From assembly GCF_041248615.1 (NCBI RefSeq), contig NZ_CP158426.1: a stretch of DNA of 64,000 bases; one strand, given 5' to 3'. Positions 10,027 to 23,089 of the stretch are shown here, in pieces. Below the pieces are notes generated by a model, which saw nothing but the letters and a program-made list of their open reading frames with translations, searched no databases and was not told the origin of the DNA. The position numbers and the translations under genes were made by a program. How positions within the stretch are numbered: the stretch's first letter is position 1; every line of letters begins with the position of its first letter. This DNA is from Escherichia coli (GTDB lineage Bacteria > Pseudomonadota > Gammaproteobacteria > Enterobacterales > Enterobacteriaceae).

Positions 10027-10506
10027 TCAGTCGATGATGCGCATAATGGCGCTGCATTCCGGATGCTGCAGGGCATAATCCCGCAGCCGGTAATAATGAA
10101 CCGTCATGGCATAATTCTCTGTACGACAGGCGTGATGGCTGTACGCCATCAGACAGGCGGCAATGCCGGCGGCTTCCGGGCTCATTTCAGCGCGGTTACC
10201 GTTCATGACGTTAAACAGCACCCATGTTTCGTCATCATCGTCATCCGGTTCAGGTGCCATAAATGCGCCACCGTTGTTCAGGGTGTACAGATTCCAGATG
10301 CCCCCGCAGTAGTCTTCGCACAGACGGTCCATCCAGCCGAAGACACGGGGCTCCAGGGTCACCCACTGTGGAATGAGGCCAAAATGCTGCGGCCAGAAGC
10401 TGATACGTTGTTCATCAGGGACGGGAGTAGCAACCAGTTGGGGCTGGTTATTCCCTGGTGCTGTGGCTGAAGAAAGAGCAGTTGTGTTCTGAGAAACGAT
10501 TTTCAT
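10027..10506 (-). CDS. Antirestriction protein (KlcA/ArdB-like; YfjX/YafX family)
   Basis: 159 aa with DDDDDETW acidic stretch and match to YfjX; the start codon sits 1 bp from the end of IS copy A. Confidence 0.8.
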   Translation of the reverse strand: MKIVSQNTTALSSATAPGNNQPQLVATPVPDEQRISFWPQHFGLIPQWVTLEPRVFGWMDRLCEDYCGGIWNLYTLNNGGAFMAPEPDDDDDETWVLFNVMNGNRAEMSPEAAGIAACLMAYSHHACRTENYAMTVHYYRLRDYALQHPECSAIMRIID

Positions 10507-10507
10507 G

Positions 10508-12753
<2,246 letters not shown>

Positions 12754-13354
12754 CCACTATCTGGCGTTTCAAGGGGCTGGTCCAGCTACAAATATTATTG
12801 AAAGAGATTTTTATGAAAACGAAGCTTTTTACGATTTCTATCGGCATTGATGTAATATAGAAGAGTTATATAAATTATTCAAATCAAATTTTCTATTGAA
12901 GATTTTCATTCACAGAGTGAGAAAGATGTAAAATAAAAATACAGGCTCATATATTATTACTTAACCTTACATGGATATCCTGAAATGACATTAATTATTA
13001 AGATAATAACGTTTTCATCGGTAGTAGTAGAAATAAACAAAATTTTAATTTCAAAAACTGCTTGTTTCTCGTAGTGAGGTACTTGTCTTTACTGATTCGG
13101 GTAACAGGAAAACATTTAAAATCATTCTGTTGCGCTCTTTCTGAGAGGCTGATTGCAAAATGGCATCTGAATCGATCGCAGTTGTATGACTCAGCGAGTA
13201 AGGCCAGGGAGGTGTTACCCACGAAAATATGTACGGCCCAGAACGCGCTGGAACTCTTTTGATGCTCCAGCAAGAACTTAACCGAATGCCATTGGTACGC
13301 TGCCCCACAGAAAATTCCGTCACTAATGGCGGTAGCCGACAGATTCACATGGCG

Positions 13355-13693
13355 TTACCGCAGTAAACCAAGATGGATCTTGATTGCGTCCTCAACAGAC
13401 AACATATCTGCTTTGGACAACGAGCCAATATGTGTTTTGAGACAGGACTTATCCGCCGCCATAATCTGCTCTACAATCGCTTTGCTGCTCTGACACCTAC
13501 GGTCACAACAGCCTCACTTGGATACACTCGCTCTGTGTTACTGGTCAGAGGAACGACGACTACTCGAGCGAGGTTCCTGTTTGCTGCGTCATTGCTCACG
13601 ATCACTGCCGGACATGTCTTGCGGATTTCACTGTCAACAGCAGGATCAAATTCAATCCACCACGTCTCACCTGTGCCGTCACTGCTCTGTCAT
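13355..13693 (-). pseudogene. MazF/PemK-family toxin gene remnant (frameshifted)
   Basis: Minus-strand translation gives GETWWIEFDPAVDSEIRKTCPAVIVSNDAANRNLARVVVVPLTSN... (Kid/PemK-like N-terminal core), then in another frame ...IMAADKSCLKTHIGSLSKADMLSVEDAIKIHLGLLR-stop; the ATG (MTEQ) is in a third frame. No cognate antitoxin ORF is left upstream. Confidence 0.5.
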
Positions 13694-13826
13694 CTTTCTA
13701 ACACTTTACTGTCTAACACATGTAATAAAAAAGTTATTTTTCTGCAATTCGGGCATGATATTTAATCCCACGAGCATGAAACGTGTGAATTCGCTCATCA
13801 GGTACAACAAGCAAGAGAGATAAACG

Positions 13827-15143
13827 ATGAAACCGTTACATTATACAGCTTCAGCACTGGTGCTCGGACTGACGTTAATGGGGAATGCACAGGCAGTGAC
13901 GACCATTCCGTTCTGGCACTCTATGGAAGGGGAACTGGGTAAAGAGGTGAATTCTCTGGTCCAACGTTTTAACGCCGAAAACCCGGATTACAAAATTATA
14001 CCGACTTATAAAGGCAACTACGAAGAGAGTTTAAGTGCGGGGATCGCAGCATTTCGTACCGGTAACGCTCCGGCTATTTTGCAGGTTTATGAAGTTGGCA
14101 CCGCCACCATGATGGCGTCGAAAGCCATTAAACCGGTGTATGACGTGTTTAAAGAGGCGGGGATTAACTTTGATGAGTCGCAGTTTGTGCCGACGGTTTC
14201 AGGCTACTACTCCGACAGTAAAACCGGACACTTACTCTCCCAGCCGTTCAACAGCTCGACTCCTGTTCTCTATTACAACAAAGATGCTTTCAAGAAAGCA
14301 GGATTAGACCCGGAACAGCCGCCGAAAACCTGGCAGGATCTGGCGGACTATGCCGCGAAACTGAAAGCCTCCGGTATGAAGTGCGGCTACGCCAGCGGCT
14401 GGCAGGGCTGGATCCAACTGGAAAACTTTAGCGCCTGGAACGGTCTGCCGTTTGCCAGCAAAAACAACGGCTTTGACGGCACAGATGCGGTGCTGGAGTT
14501 CAACAAGCCGGAGCAGGTGAAACACATCGCCATGCTCGAAGAGATGAACAAGAAAGGCGATTTCAGCTACGTCGGGCGTAAGGATGAATCCACCGAGAAG
14601 TTCTATAACGGTGATTGCGCAATGACGACTGCCTCTTCTGGTTCTCTTGCCAGCATTCGCGAGTACGCCAAATTCAACTACGGCGTAGGCATGATGCCTT
14701 ACGACGCTGACGCGAAAGATGCACCACAAAACGCCATTATCGGCGGAGCCAGCCTGTGGGTGATGCAGGGCAAAGATAAAGAAACGTATACCGGCGTGGC
14801 GAAGTTCCTCGACTTCCTCGCGAAGCCAGAAAATGCTGCCGAGTGGCACCAGAAAACCGGTTATCTGCCAATCACCAAAGCGGCGTATGACCTGACCCGT
14901 GAGCAGGGCTTTTACGAGAAAAACCCAGGGGCGGATATCGCGACACGTCAGATGCTGAACAAACCGTCGTTACCGTTCACCAAAGGACTACGTCTGGGCA
15001 ACATGCCGCAGATCAGAGCGATTGTGGATGAAGAGCTTGAGAGCGTGTGGACCGGTAAGAAGACGCCACAGCAGGCGCTGGATACCGCCGTTGAGCGTGG
15101 GAATCAGTTACTACGCCGCTTTGAGAAATCGACGAAGTCTTAA
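13827..15143 (+). CDS. ugpB: sn-Glycerol-3-phosphate/glycerophosphodiester-binding periplasmic protein (UgpB), orphan copy
   Basis: 438 aa with signal peptide; near-identical to K-12 UgpB as recalled; no ugpA/E/C genes follow. Confidence 0.85.
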   Translation: MKPLHYTASALVLGLTLMGNAQAVTTIPFWHSMEGELGKEVNSLVQRFNAENPDYKIIPTYKGNYEESLSAGIAAFRTGNAPAILQVYEVGTATMMASKAIKPVYDVFKEAGINFDESQFVPTVSGYYSDSKTGHLLSQPFNSSTPVLYYNKDAFKKAGLDPEQPPKTWQDLADYAAKLKASGMKCGYASGWQGWIQLENFSAWNGLPFASKNNGFDGTDAVLEFNKPEQVKHIAMLEEMNKKGDFSYVGRKDESTEKFYNGDCAMTTASSGSLASIREYAKFNYGVGMMPYDADAKDAPQNAIIGGASLWVMQGKDKETYTGVAKFLDFLAKPENAAEWHQKTGYLPITKAAYDLTREQGFYEKNPGADIATRQMLNKPSLPFTKGLRLGNMPQIRAIVDEELESVWTGKKTPQQALDTAVERGNQLLRRFEKSTKS

Positions 15144-15277
15144 CCAGTGTAATGTCGGATACGTTTCGCCTATCTGAGCTAACATCGCGTGTAGGCCGAT
15201 GTGATTGACATCTTCCTCCTTACGGCATCAACGTTCCAGACTGAGATGTACCCAGTTCCCTGGTGGAGAAGTCAGTC

Positions 15278-16190
15278 ATGAATATTAATCGTATTGGTTT
15301 CGATCTTGCCGAAAAATGTTTTTCAAATCCACGGCGTTGATCACAATGAATAGTGGTACGGAGAAAAACGCTGAGCCCTCCCCACATGATGACGTTTTTC
15401 TCCGGGCTTTCTCCCTGCCTCATCAGCATCGAAGTCTGTGGCTCTTCCCATTCTGGGCACGGGAACTCATTCCGTATGGGGCCTACCGTGCGCATTATTC
15501 CGTAGAAACTTGTCAAATCTTATCTCAAAGGTAACAAAAACGACGCTAATAATGCAGCTGCCATCTGTGAGGCCGTCAGCAGGCCCGGCATGCGATTTGT
15601 TGTTTTCATATCGGAATCCCAGCAGACGTTACAGGAAGAATACCGGGTCCGGGCCAGAATCATCCGCGAGCGAACGGCGTTGCGTAATGAAATCCGGGGG
15701 CTGTTGAGTGAATTTGGTCTGCTGCTGCCTGTGGGGATAAGGCACGTGCGTAAAATCCAGCAGGGAATACTGCCCAGGGGCAGTGGAATGACCCTTCATC
15801 CGTTTGTTGTGCGAACTGTCAGAGTAAAATGAACTCATATCGTCTCATGACCACCGTCTTCATGAGGCTGCAAGGGATGATATCCGTATTAAACAGCTGA
15901 TGGAGCTAAAAGGAGTTGGTCCCACAACAGCCTGTGCGCTGGTTGCCTGTATCGGTAATGCACATGATTTTAAAAAGGGACGGCAACTGGCAGCCTGGCT
16001 GGGCTGACGCTATCACAATACAGCAGCGGCTGAATGTCGAAGCTGGGCAGGATAACAAAAGCCGGTGATTCGTATCTGCGAATGCTTCTGGTTCAGGGGG
16101 CTCGTTCAGTACTGATTGGTGCTGAGAAAAGGACTGACTCATTCAGTCGTTGGGTCTGTTCACTGGTTGAACGCAGAGAATACTGACGCG
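15278..16190 (+). pseudogene. IS110-family transposase, degenerate (multiple frameshifts)
   Basis: N-terminus MNINRIGFDLAKNVFQIHGVD, then in other frames AAAICEAVSRPGMRFVVF... and ELKGVGPTTACALVACIGNAHDFKKGRQLAAWLG...; characteristic IS110/IS116/IS902 motifs. Confidence 0.6.
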
Positions 16191-16637
16191 CTGTTGTGGC
16201 CATCGCCGCCAGAAAGGTAAGGCTGTGCTGGGCATCATGTCATTACGGTGATGATTTCAGGCTGTATTCAGCCAGCTAAAGCACGCAGCAACCGTATGAC
16301 TATCTGATCTGCAACTCGTTGATGATAAAGTGTTAGACCCTGTGAGGTATATCTGATTATTGTACAGGATATACGTATCCGCTTAACGAACAAGAGCCTC
16401 ACGCGCGTCTTTCATCTGGGCCGAATAGATGAGATTCATCATGGTTGTTTATAGTACCGTCGTCTCTCCCCTTTATTTTTACAGAAAAGCAAACAGAAAC
16501 CATAAATACCGGCGTTGACATGGCGGGGAAGCCGGCAACGGCTATCCCTACCGTAATCATAATATTTCTGTCATTTCTGCTCCCTACAATGACGTTAGTT
16601 TTACTTCTGGGCGATAACAACGAAAGGAGAGTATGAC

Positions 16638-17981
16638 ATGCACAACTCCAAAATCCGGCTGGCTATACTGGTTGGCTGCATGGCTCTGAGCGCCAACCTG
16701 TGGGCCAAAGCGCAGCCGGTGCAGGCAACGCTGGCCGGGCATGCAATTCTGCCGGCAAAATCCGCTGTTTCAACACCGAAGGATGCGCCGGGCGATTTGC
16801 AACAGAGCGGCAAATACACCAGCGGCAAACGCGTCACCGAGCTGGGCAGCGTGGCGGGCAAATCCGCAGAACGCCTGACAGGACTCAGCCTGCCGATCAA
16901 TGGTCAGCCGTTGCAGGGCCACTCAGGTATCAAACACATGCCCGACGGTACCTATTGGGTGCTGACTGACAATGGCTTCGGCAGCAAAGCCAACTCCCCG
17001 GACGCCATGCTGTACCTCAACCAATACAAGATAGATTTCAAAGACGGCTCGGTAGTACCGCTGAAGACGCTGTTCCTGCATGATCCGGATAAAAAGGTGC
17101 CGTTCCACATCATCAACGAGAGCACCGAACTACGCTATCTGACCGGCAGCGATTTTGATCCGGAAAGCTTCCAGTTTTCCGACGATGCCTTATGGATCGG
17201 TGATGAGTTCGGTCCTTACCTGATCAAGACCGACCTGAACGGCAAGGTGCTGGCGGTGTTCGACACAGAAGTGGACGGTAAGGTGGTTAAATCGCCGGAC
17301 AACCCGACGCTGACTCTACCTAGCGCTCCGGACGGTAAGCTGAACTTCCAGGTGGCGCGTTCCAAAGGCTTTGAAGGCATGGCCATCTCGCCGGACGGCA
17401 GTAAGCTGTATCCGCTGCTGGAAGGGGCATTGTGGGACGGTGAGCAGTTCGAGAACGTTGACGGAAAACGCTACCTGCGTGTGCTGGAGTTCGATGCCAA
17501 ACAGCAGGCCTGGACTGGTCGCAGCTGGCAGTACGTGCTGGAAGACAACCAGAACGCCATCGGCGACTTCAATATGATAGATGATACCCACGGACTGGTG
17601 ATCGAGCGTGATAACGGCGAAGGCACGGCGGATAAAGCCTGCGTCGCCGGCGCGCCGACCAACAACTGCTTCAGTCAAGTAGCCAGGTTCAAACGGGTGT
17701 ATAAAATTGCTTTCTCGGACACTAACGTCGGAAAACCTGTCGAAAAACTGGGCTATATTGACCTGATGAAGATTCAGGATCCGAACAAGCTGGCACGCAA
17801 GCCGCTGAACGACGGTGTGCTGACCTTCCCGTTCTTCACCATTGAGAACGTGGATGTGGTTGACACTAACCACATCATCGTAGGCAACGATAATAACTTC
17901 CCGTTTTCCTCCAGCCGCTGGCCTAATATGGCGGATGACAACGAGTTTATTCTACTGGATGTGAAGGATTTTCTGAAGTAG
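16638..17981 (+). CDS. Secreted phytase-like esterase family protein (PF13449-like)
   Basis: 447 aa with signal peptide; repeated ...SPDG..LY...EG.. beta-propeller-like motifs recalled for the esterase-like phytase family. Confidence 0.55.
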   Translation: MHNSKIRLAILVGCMALSANLWAKAQPVQATLAGHAILPAKSAVSTPKDAPGDLQQSGKYTSGKRVTELGSVAGKSAERLTGLSLPINGQPLQGHSGIKHMPDGTYWVLTDNGFGSKANSPDAMLYLNQYKIDFKDGSVVPLKTLFLHDPDKKVPFHIINESTELRYLTGSDFDPESFQFSDDALWIGDEFGPYLIKTDLNGKVLAVFDTEVDGKVVKSPDNPTLTLPSAPDGKLNFQVARSKGFEGMAISPDGSKLYPLLEGALWDGEQFENVDGKRYLRVLEFDAKQQAWTGRSWQYVLEDNQNAIGDFNMIDDTHGLVIERDNGEGTADKACVAGAPTNNCFSQVARFKRVYKIAFSDTNVGKPVEKLGYIDLMKIQDPNKLARKPLNDGVLTFPFFTIENVDVVDTNHIIVGNDNNFPFSSSRWPNMADDNEFILLDVKDFLK

Positions 17982-18137
17982 GGGGAAGAGCATCTTACGA
18001 TACTCCTCGCTAATTTAAAAACGAACGGTGCTGAGCACCGTTTTTAATCACCTCGCCAGAACCTACCAGAATATGATGTTGGTTTATTATCACTGATTCA
18101 TGGGGAGCACCCAGCGCTTCGGCGGTTTTTTATGTCT

Positions 18138-18962
18138 TTAAAGCAGTAGCGGTAGGGTCGCGCTGGCTGTTTTCTGGCTCACCTCGCTGTACTGGTCATC
18201 CAGCGCAATCAGCGATGTGGTGAGTAGCTCTACCAACAGCATCACTCCCACTTTGGCAGTCAGCGCGCCGGCACTCAAGGGTCCTTCCGGTTTGGCCGCG
18301 ACCAGTTGAATATCACTCAGCGAAGCTAACGGACTGCGCGGTGTATTACTCAGCGCCAGTACACGCACACCTTGCTTACGCGCTAGTTTTACGACATGCA
18401 GCAGATCGCGCGTGGATCCAGAACTGGAAATCGCCACCACGAACGTGTTTTTACTAAGTGTTGTGGCGTTCATGGCAGCACGATGCATATCGCTGAACAA
18501 TTGTGCGGGTTTCCCCAGACGCAGGAGTTTATAATGTAAATACTCCCCCAGAATGGCACTGGCTGCTACGCCATAAATCTGCACTGACTGAGCCTGATGC
18601 AGTGCAAGCGCGGCTGCTTCCAGCAAGGTTCTGTCGAGTAATTTTGCTGTGTCCTGTATTGCTTGCACGGATTCATTGACCACATTGTCAATCTCATCAC
18701 CGCCGTGCTCTACAAACTGTACTTGTCGGAGATCGAGTGCCAGCGCCATTTTGAATTCGTTATAGCCCTTACACCCAAGCGTTCGGCACAGACGTGTGAC
18801 GCTAGCCTCGCTGGTGCCGCTTTCACGCGCAAGTTCGGTAATCGTCAGGTAGACAACTTTTGCCGGATCGCTAAGTACAAACTCTCCCAGCTTCTGTTGT
18901 GTTCGGCTATATCCATCAACGCTCTGGCGCAATCTCAGCAGCAGGTTTTCATTTTCTGACAT
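18138..18962 (-). CDS. RpiR/MurR-family transcriptional regulator (HTH plus SIS domain)
   Basis: 274 aa; N-terminal HTH (ITELARESGTSEASVTRLCRTLG) and C-terminal SIS-like region; divergent from the PTS EIICB gene. Confidence 0.8.
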   Translation of the reverse strand: MSENENLLLRLRQSVDGYSRTQQKLGEFVLSDPAKVVYLTITELARESGTSEASVTRLCRTLGCKGYNEFKMALALDLRQVQFVEHGGDEIDNVVNESVQAIQDTAKLLDRTLLEAAALALHQAQSVQIYGVAASAILGEYLHYKLLRLGKPAQLFSDMHRAAMNATTLSKNTFVVAISSSGSTRDLLHVVKLARKQGVRVLALSNTPRSPLASLSDIQLVAAKPEGPLSAGALTAKVGVMLLVELLTTSLIALDDQYSEVSQKTASATLPLLL

Positions 18963-19127
18963 GTAAAATCCTTAATGCGTTTATCTGTTGATAGTGTGAC
19001 GGAAAGGAGGGGATTGATGCCAGACATTTTAAAAAAGTATGATCGACTTCTTAGATTTTGATGGTGATTTTTATTTATAAGAATAATTATAGTAAAAATT
19101 TTCATCAAAAATCGAGGAGATGATAAA

Positions 19128-20684
19128 ATGATGCAAATGTTTAGCGGCGCTTCATCGGGGGGATGGTTTGAAAAAGCGCAGCGGTTCGGAAAATCCTTCA
19201 TGCTGCCGATTGCGGTATTGCCCGCAGCAGGGCTGTTATTAGGGATTGGTGGCGCGTTGTCAAATCCAAACACGTTGACGGCTTATCCGTTTTTAGATGC
19301 CGACTGGTTGCAGGCAATATTCACAATCATGACCAGCGCAGGTTCTATTGTGTTTGCCAACCTGTCGGTACTCTTTGCAGTCGGCGTCGCCGTGGGGCTG
19401 GCGAAATCGGATAAAGGCACTGCCGGGCTTGCGTCATTGCTGGCGTTTCTGGTGATGAATGCCACCATCAACGCCTTATTAACGCTCAACGGAACGCTGG
19501 CGCACAAGAACCCCGCTTCAGTTGGCCAGGGGATGACGCTTGGTATTCAGACACTGGAAACTGGTGTGTTTGGTGGGGTGGTGATTGGTCTCGTCACCTG
19601 CACTTTACATAGCCGTTTCAATAAAGTCTCACTACCTCAGTTTCTCGGTTTTTTTAGTGGTTCTCGTTTTGTACCCATTATCAGCTCCCTTGCCGCGATA
19701 GTAGTGGGTGCGGTTATGACGGTGGTGTGGCCGCATTTCCAGAAACTCATTTTTGGACTGGGCGACCTGGTGGATGCGACGGGCTATCTGGGGACGCTGT
19801 TGTACGGCTTCATCCTGCGTATGCTCGGTCCACTGGGTTTACACCATATCTTTTATTTGCCGTTCTGGACGACGGCGCTGGGCGGCAGTGAAATCGTCAA
19901 CGGCCAGTTGGTTGAAGGTACGCAGCGGATTTTCTTTGCCCAACTTGCCGATCCGAATACGCAGCAGTTCTACGCGGGTACCGCTCGCTTTATGTCCGGG
20001 CGCTTTATCACCATGATGTTTGGCCTGCTTGGCGCATGTCTGGCAATGTACCATACTGCAAAGCCGGAGAATAGAAAGGTTGTCGCCGGACTACTTTTGT
20101 CGGCAGCCCTGACCTCTTTCCTGACGGGAATCACTGAGCCTGTTGAGTTCTCCTTCCTGTTTGTCGCGCCCGTATTATACGTAATTCACGCCTTCTTCGA
20201 TGGTCTGGCGTTTATGGTCGCCCATATTTTACATATCACTATTGGGCAAACCTTTTCGGGCGGGCTTATCGATTTCCTTCTCTTCGGCGTGTTGCAGGGG
20301 GAAGCTAAAACAAACTGGATGTATGTCCCCATAGTGGGAATACCGTGGTTCTTCCTTTACTACTTTACTTTCCGCTATTTGATTAACCGCTTTGGCTGGC
20401 TGACGCCGGGGCGTGAGAACGTAACCCAGGTTGAATCCGGCCAGCCTCAGAGTGAACGCGCAGCGGCAGTCATTGCCGGGCTGGGAGGCAAAGAGAATCT
20501 GGAAGAGGTGGACTGTTGCGCCACGCGCCTGCGCGTGACGGTTAAAGAGAGCAGTAAGGTAGATGAAGCTGCGCTGAAAGTGGCCGGAGCGCGTGGCGTG
20601 ATTATTCGCGGCAACGGCGTTCAGGTGATTTATGGCCCTCATGTCACCATCATTAAAAACGAAGTCGAAGAGATTTTATCGTAA
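19128..20684 (+). CDS. PTS glucose-family EIICB component
   Basis: 518 aa; N-terminal EIIC membrane domain and C-terminal EIIB with CATRLR phosphorylation-site motif. Confidence 0.85.
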   Translation: MMQMFSGASSGGWFEKAQRFGKSFMLPIAVLPAAGLLLGIGGALSNPNTLTAYPFLDADWLQAIFTIMTSAGSIVFANLSVLFAVGVAVGLAKSDKGTAGLASLLAFLVMNATINALLTLNGTLAHKNPASVGQGMTLGIQTLETGVFGGVVIGLVTCTLHSRFNKVSLPQFLGFFSGSRFVPIISSLAAIVVGAVMTVVWPHFQKLIFGLGDLVDATGYLGTLLYGFILRMLGPLGLHHIFYLPFWTTALGGSEIVNGQLVEGTQRIFFAQLADPNTQQFYAGTARFMSGRFITMMFGLLGACLAMYHTAKPENRKVVAGLLLSAALTSFLTGITEPVEFSFLFVAPVLYVIHAFFDGLAFMVAHILHITIGQTFSGGLIDFLLFGVLQGEAKTNWMYVPIVGIPWFFLYYFTFRYLINRFGWLTPGRENVTQVESGQPQSERAAAVIAGLGGKENLEEVDCCATRLRVTVKESSKVDEAALKVAGARGVIIRGNGVQVIYGPHVTIIKNEVEEILS

Positions 20685-21373
20685 TGAAAACTGTACTGGA
20701 TTCCCTGAAAGGTAAATTAATCGTCTCCTGTCAGGCTCTGGAAAATGAGCCTCTACATAGTCCGTTTATTATGTCACGTATGGCGCTGGCGGCAGCACAA
20801 GGTGGTGCTGCAGGTATCCGTGCCAACAGCGTGGCGGATATTAGTGCTATCAAAGAGATTGTCTCCCTTCCGATGATAGGGATTATCAAACGCGATTACC
20901 CTGGCAGTGAGGTGTTTATCACGGCCACTCTCCGGGAAGTGGATGAGCTGATGACCGTTGAGCCGGAAATTATTGCCCTGGATGCTACTGCGCGCCCGCG
21001 CCCTGGTGGTCAGACGCTGGAAGAACTGGTCACGCAGATCCGCGCTCGCTACCCGTCCATACTTCTGATGGCAGATATAGCAACAGTAGAAGAGGCAGTG
21101 ACAGCTGAACGTCTGGGTTTTGACTGTGTGGGCACTACGCTCTACGGCTATACCGCAGAAACTGCCAGGCATGTGCTGGCGGAAAATGACTGTGGATTCT
21201 TACGTGAGGTCCTGAAAGCGGTCAGCGTTCCGGTCGTGGCGGAAGGGAATGTCGACACCCCGGAGTGCGCCGCACGTTGCCTGACATTAGGCGCTCATAC
21301 CGTGGTGGTTGGGGGGGCAATCACTCGTCCGCAGCAGATAACGACACGCTTTATTGCAGCGATCGCCTCGTAA
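20684..21373 (+). CDS. N-acetylmannosamine-6-phosphate 2-epimerase (NanE family)
   Basis: 229 aa; NanE-like TIM-barrel motifs ([15 protein letters not shown]); start overlaps the EIICB stop (translational coupling). Confidence 0.8.
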   Translation: MKTVLDSLKGKLIVSCQALENEPLHSPFIMSRMALAAAQGGAAGIRANSVADISAIKEIVSLPMIGIIKRDYPGSEVFITATLREVDELMTVEPEIIALDATARPRPGGQTLEELVTQIRARYPSILLMADIATVEEAVTAERLGFDCVGTTLYGYTAETARHVLAENDCGFLREVLKAVSVPVVAEGNVDTPECAARCLTLGAHTVVVGGAITRPQQITTRFIAAIAS

Positions 21374-21402
21374 AGCACCGATGAGGCATGATATTTTGCT
21401 GG

Positions 21403-21428
21403 GAATAAGCGATAATTATCGCTTATTC
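21403..21428. repeat. Perfect 26-bp palindrome GAATAAGCGATAATTATCGCTTATTC downstream of the nanE-like gene
   Basis: Exact dyad symmetry 30 bp after the NanE stop; could be a terminator stem or operator. Confidence 0.5.
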
Positions 21429-21480
21429 CATATTGAGAGTGCTATGCAGTTCCCGATTAGCTCGGCAGGGGCTAAATCAT

Positions 21481-21560
21481 GGTTATCCGGTCATGCTGCG
21501 CATGGATAATCGCTCGGAATTTAACACTCTCGCGCTGACACTGGCTGAATGGGCATAGAT
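21481..21560 (+). pseudogene. Transposase fragment (retroviral-integrase-type core remnant)
   Basis: Translation GYPVMLRMDNRSEFNTLALTLAEWA-stop resembles the DDE-core C-terminal region of IS3/IS481-type transposases; short fragment only. Confidence 0.35.
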
Positions 21561-21877
21561 ACTCGCAGTAAAACGAGAGCTCAGCCAGCCTGGTCGAGTT
21601 ACCCCTGATAGAGGAATACTGATCCTACCCCATGTAATGTGGACACAAGCCTAAGTGATGTTCTGGTTTTCAAATTGTTCCGTACTGAGACCACCACACC
21701 AGCTGTGCCCTAACAGGCACAGTTTCAGCACTCCTAAGCAACCGTAAAATGGCACCAGTTTCACAAGCAATTGTGCTCATTATTATTGCTATAACAAAAA
21801 CCTTTTTTTCTGATGAATGAATTATTAATATAATTCTGATCAAACACCTGTTTTTTTAACCTACAGAAGGAGTTATT

Positions 21878-22216
21878 ATGAAAAAATACTCTTCTCCCGT
21901 CCTTGCACTCATTCTTGTTAGCAACAGTATGGTATCCTCCGCTGCCACAAAAGAAATCTCAAAAACAGCTTATGTCTGTAATGGAAATAAGACAATGGAG
22001 GTGGTCTATATCAACACCACTGCTGGGAACTCATATGCAGTGATTAATCAGATGGATGAGATGATACCTATGCAGCTAATGAAAATGGCCTCCGGAGCCA
22101 ATTACGAAGCCATCAATAAAAGATACTCATATAAACTGTACACAAAAGGTAAAAAAGCCAATCTGGTGGAAGGGAATGATAATCCTGTCTTAAGCAACTG
22201 TTCATCGGCCGAATGA
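21878..22216 (+). CDS. MliC-family periplasmic protein (putative C-type lysozyme inhibitor)
   Basis: 112 aa with signal peptide; pattern Y-x-C ... SGA-x-Y ... TKG ... NC consistent with MliC (YdhA) fold motifs. Confidence 0.5.
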   Translation: MKKYSSPVLALILVSNSMVSSAATKEISKTAYVCNGNKTMEVVYINTTAGNSYAVINQMDEMIPMQLMKMASGANYEAINKRYSYKLYTKGKKANLVEGNDNPVLSNCSSAE

Positions 22217-22572
22217 CAGCCAGAGCCTGTCAGTAATTCTGTGTAAATGCCTTTTCTTTAAAGTGACCGTCAGGACGGTCACTGATTACCCATTCTGAAT
22301 TCAGTGCAGAATTAAAACATGTGTGCAAAATAATTTAATTCAGACAGCTTTTTATTTCACTATGGCTATCCCAGAACAACCAGTACAAATAATAAAAGAC
22401 ATATCACAGCAACACTCCACACTGACAGCGCAAAAATAAATGCCGCCTTTGTTATCTTCATATACAAGCAACCTGTCCTGATAATCACCAACTCATGTTT
22501 TATTCTTAACCATTCGTCACAAATACAACAAAAAATAACAGCAGCAGCACCGATATCACAATATAAGATACA

Positions 22573-23028
22573 TTATTCAACACCTGAATCCCCCGCCGCT
22601 TCTCTCCCCTTTATAAAACGCCCCTTCCGGAATCCAGACCGCTGCAGTGCACGACGAAGATGACCGTATACCGTCTTGTCATTCTGCCCCGTCTCTTCTG
22701 TAATCTCCGCAATACTTAAACCTCTGTAATACCGGTTCAGTACCGCTCTGCGCTCTTCCAGCGTCAACACACCTCCGGCCGCTCTCAGATTCAGCATCGA
22801 CTTATTCAGAATACAGCAGGCCTCTCCGGTAAAAAGAATACGAACAATATCTGTATACTCATCATCACAGAATACAAAATAATATCTGAATGACCTGCCT
22901 GACTGCACCCTTCTTCTGTCTGATATGGCATCTTCTATATATCTGATTCGACTGCTTACGGTTCCAAATATCTCTCGCAGGGCTTTTTCAAAATAAATAT
23001 CTCTCGTCGCCAGGATTATATCCAGCAT
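22573..23028 (-). CDS. Putative HTH transcriptional regulator (LuxR / sigma-70 region 4-like C-terminus)
   Basis: 151 aa; C-terminal LTLEERRAVLNRYYRGLSIAEITEETGQNDKTVYGHLRRA helix-turn-helix; directly downstream of and co-oriented with the trimeric autotransporter gene. Confidence 0.45.
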   Translation of the reverse strand: MLDIILATRDIYFEKALREIFGTVSSRIRYIEDAISDRRRVQSGRSFRYYFVFCDDEYTDIVRILFTGEACCILNKSMLNLRAAGGVLTLEERRAVLNRYYRGLSIAEITEETGQNDKTVYGHLRRALQRSGFRKGRFIKGREAAGDSGVE

Positions 23029-23089
23029 CTCTGTACCTCATTATATCCCGGGGGACTCCCCCCGGGACAGATATCTAAATCCTGACCTG

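Noticed and set aside
9547-10470. 307-aa plus-strand ORF
   Set aside because: Lies antisense across the RadC-like and antirestriction genes, which have strong family matches; GC-rich shadow frame.
14304-14849. 181-aa minus-strand ORF
   Set aside because: Antisense to the well-supported ugpB gene.
15144-16400. ugpA/ugpE/ugpC downstream of ugpB
   Set aside because: The downstream sequence encodes a decayed IS110-family transposase; no permease or ATPase frames are present.
17316-17873. 185-aa minus-strand ORF
   Set aside because: Antisense to the phytase-like gene.
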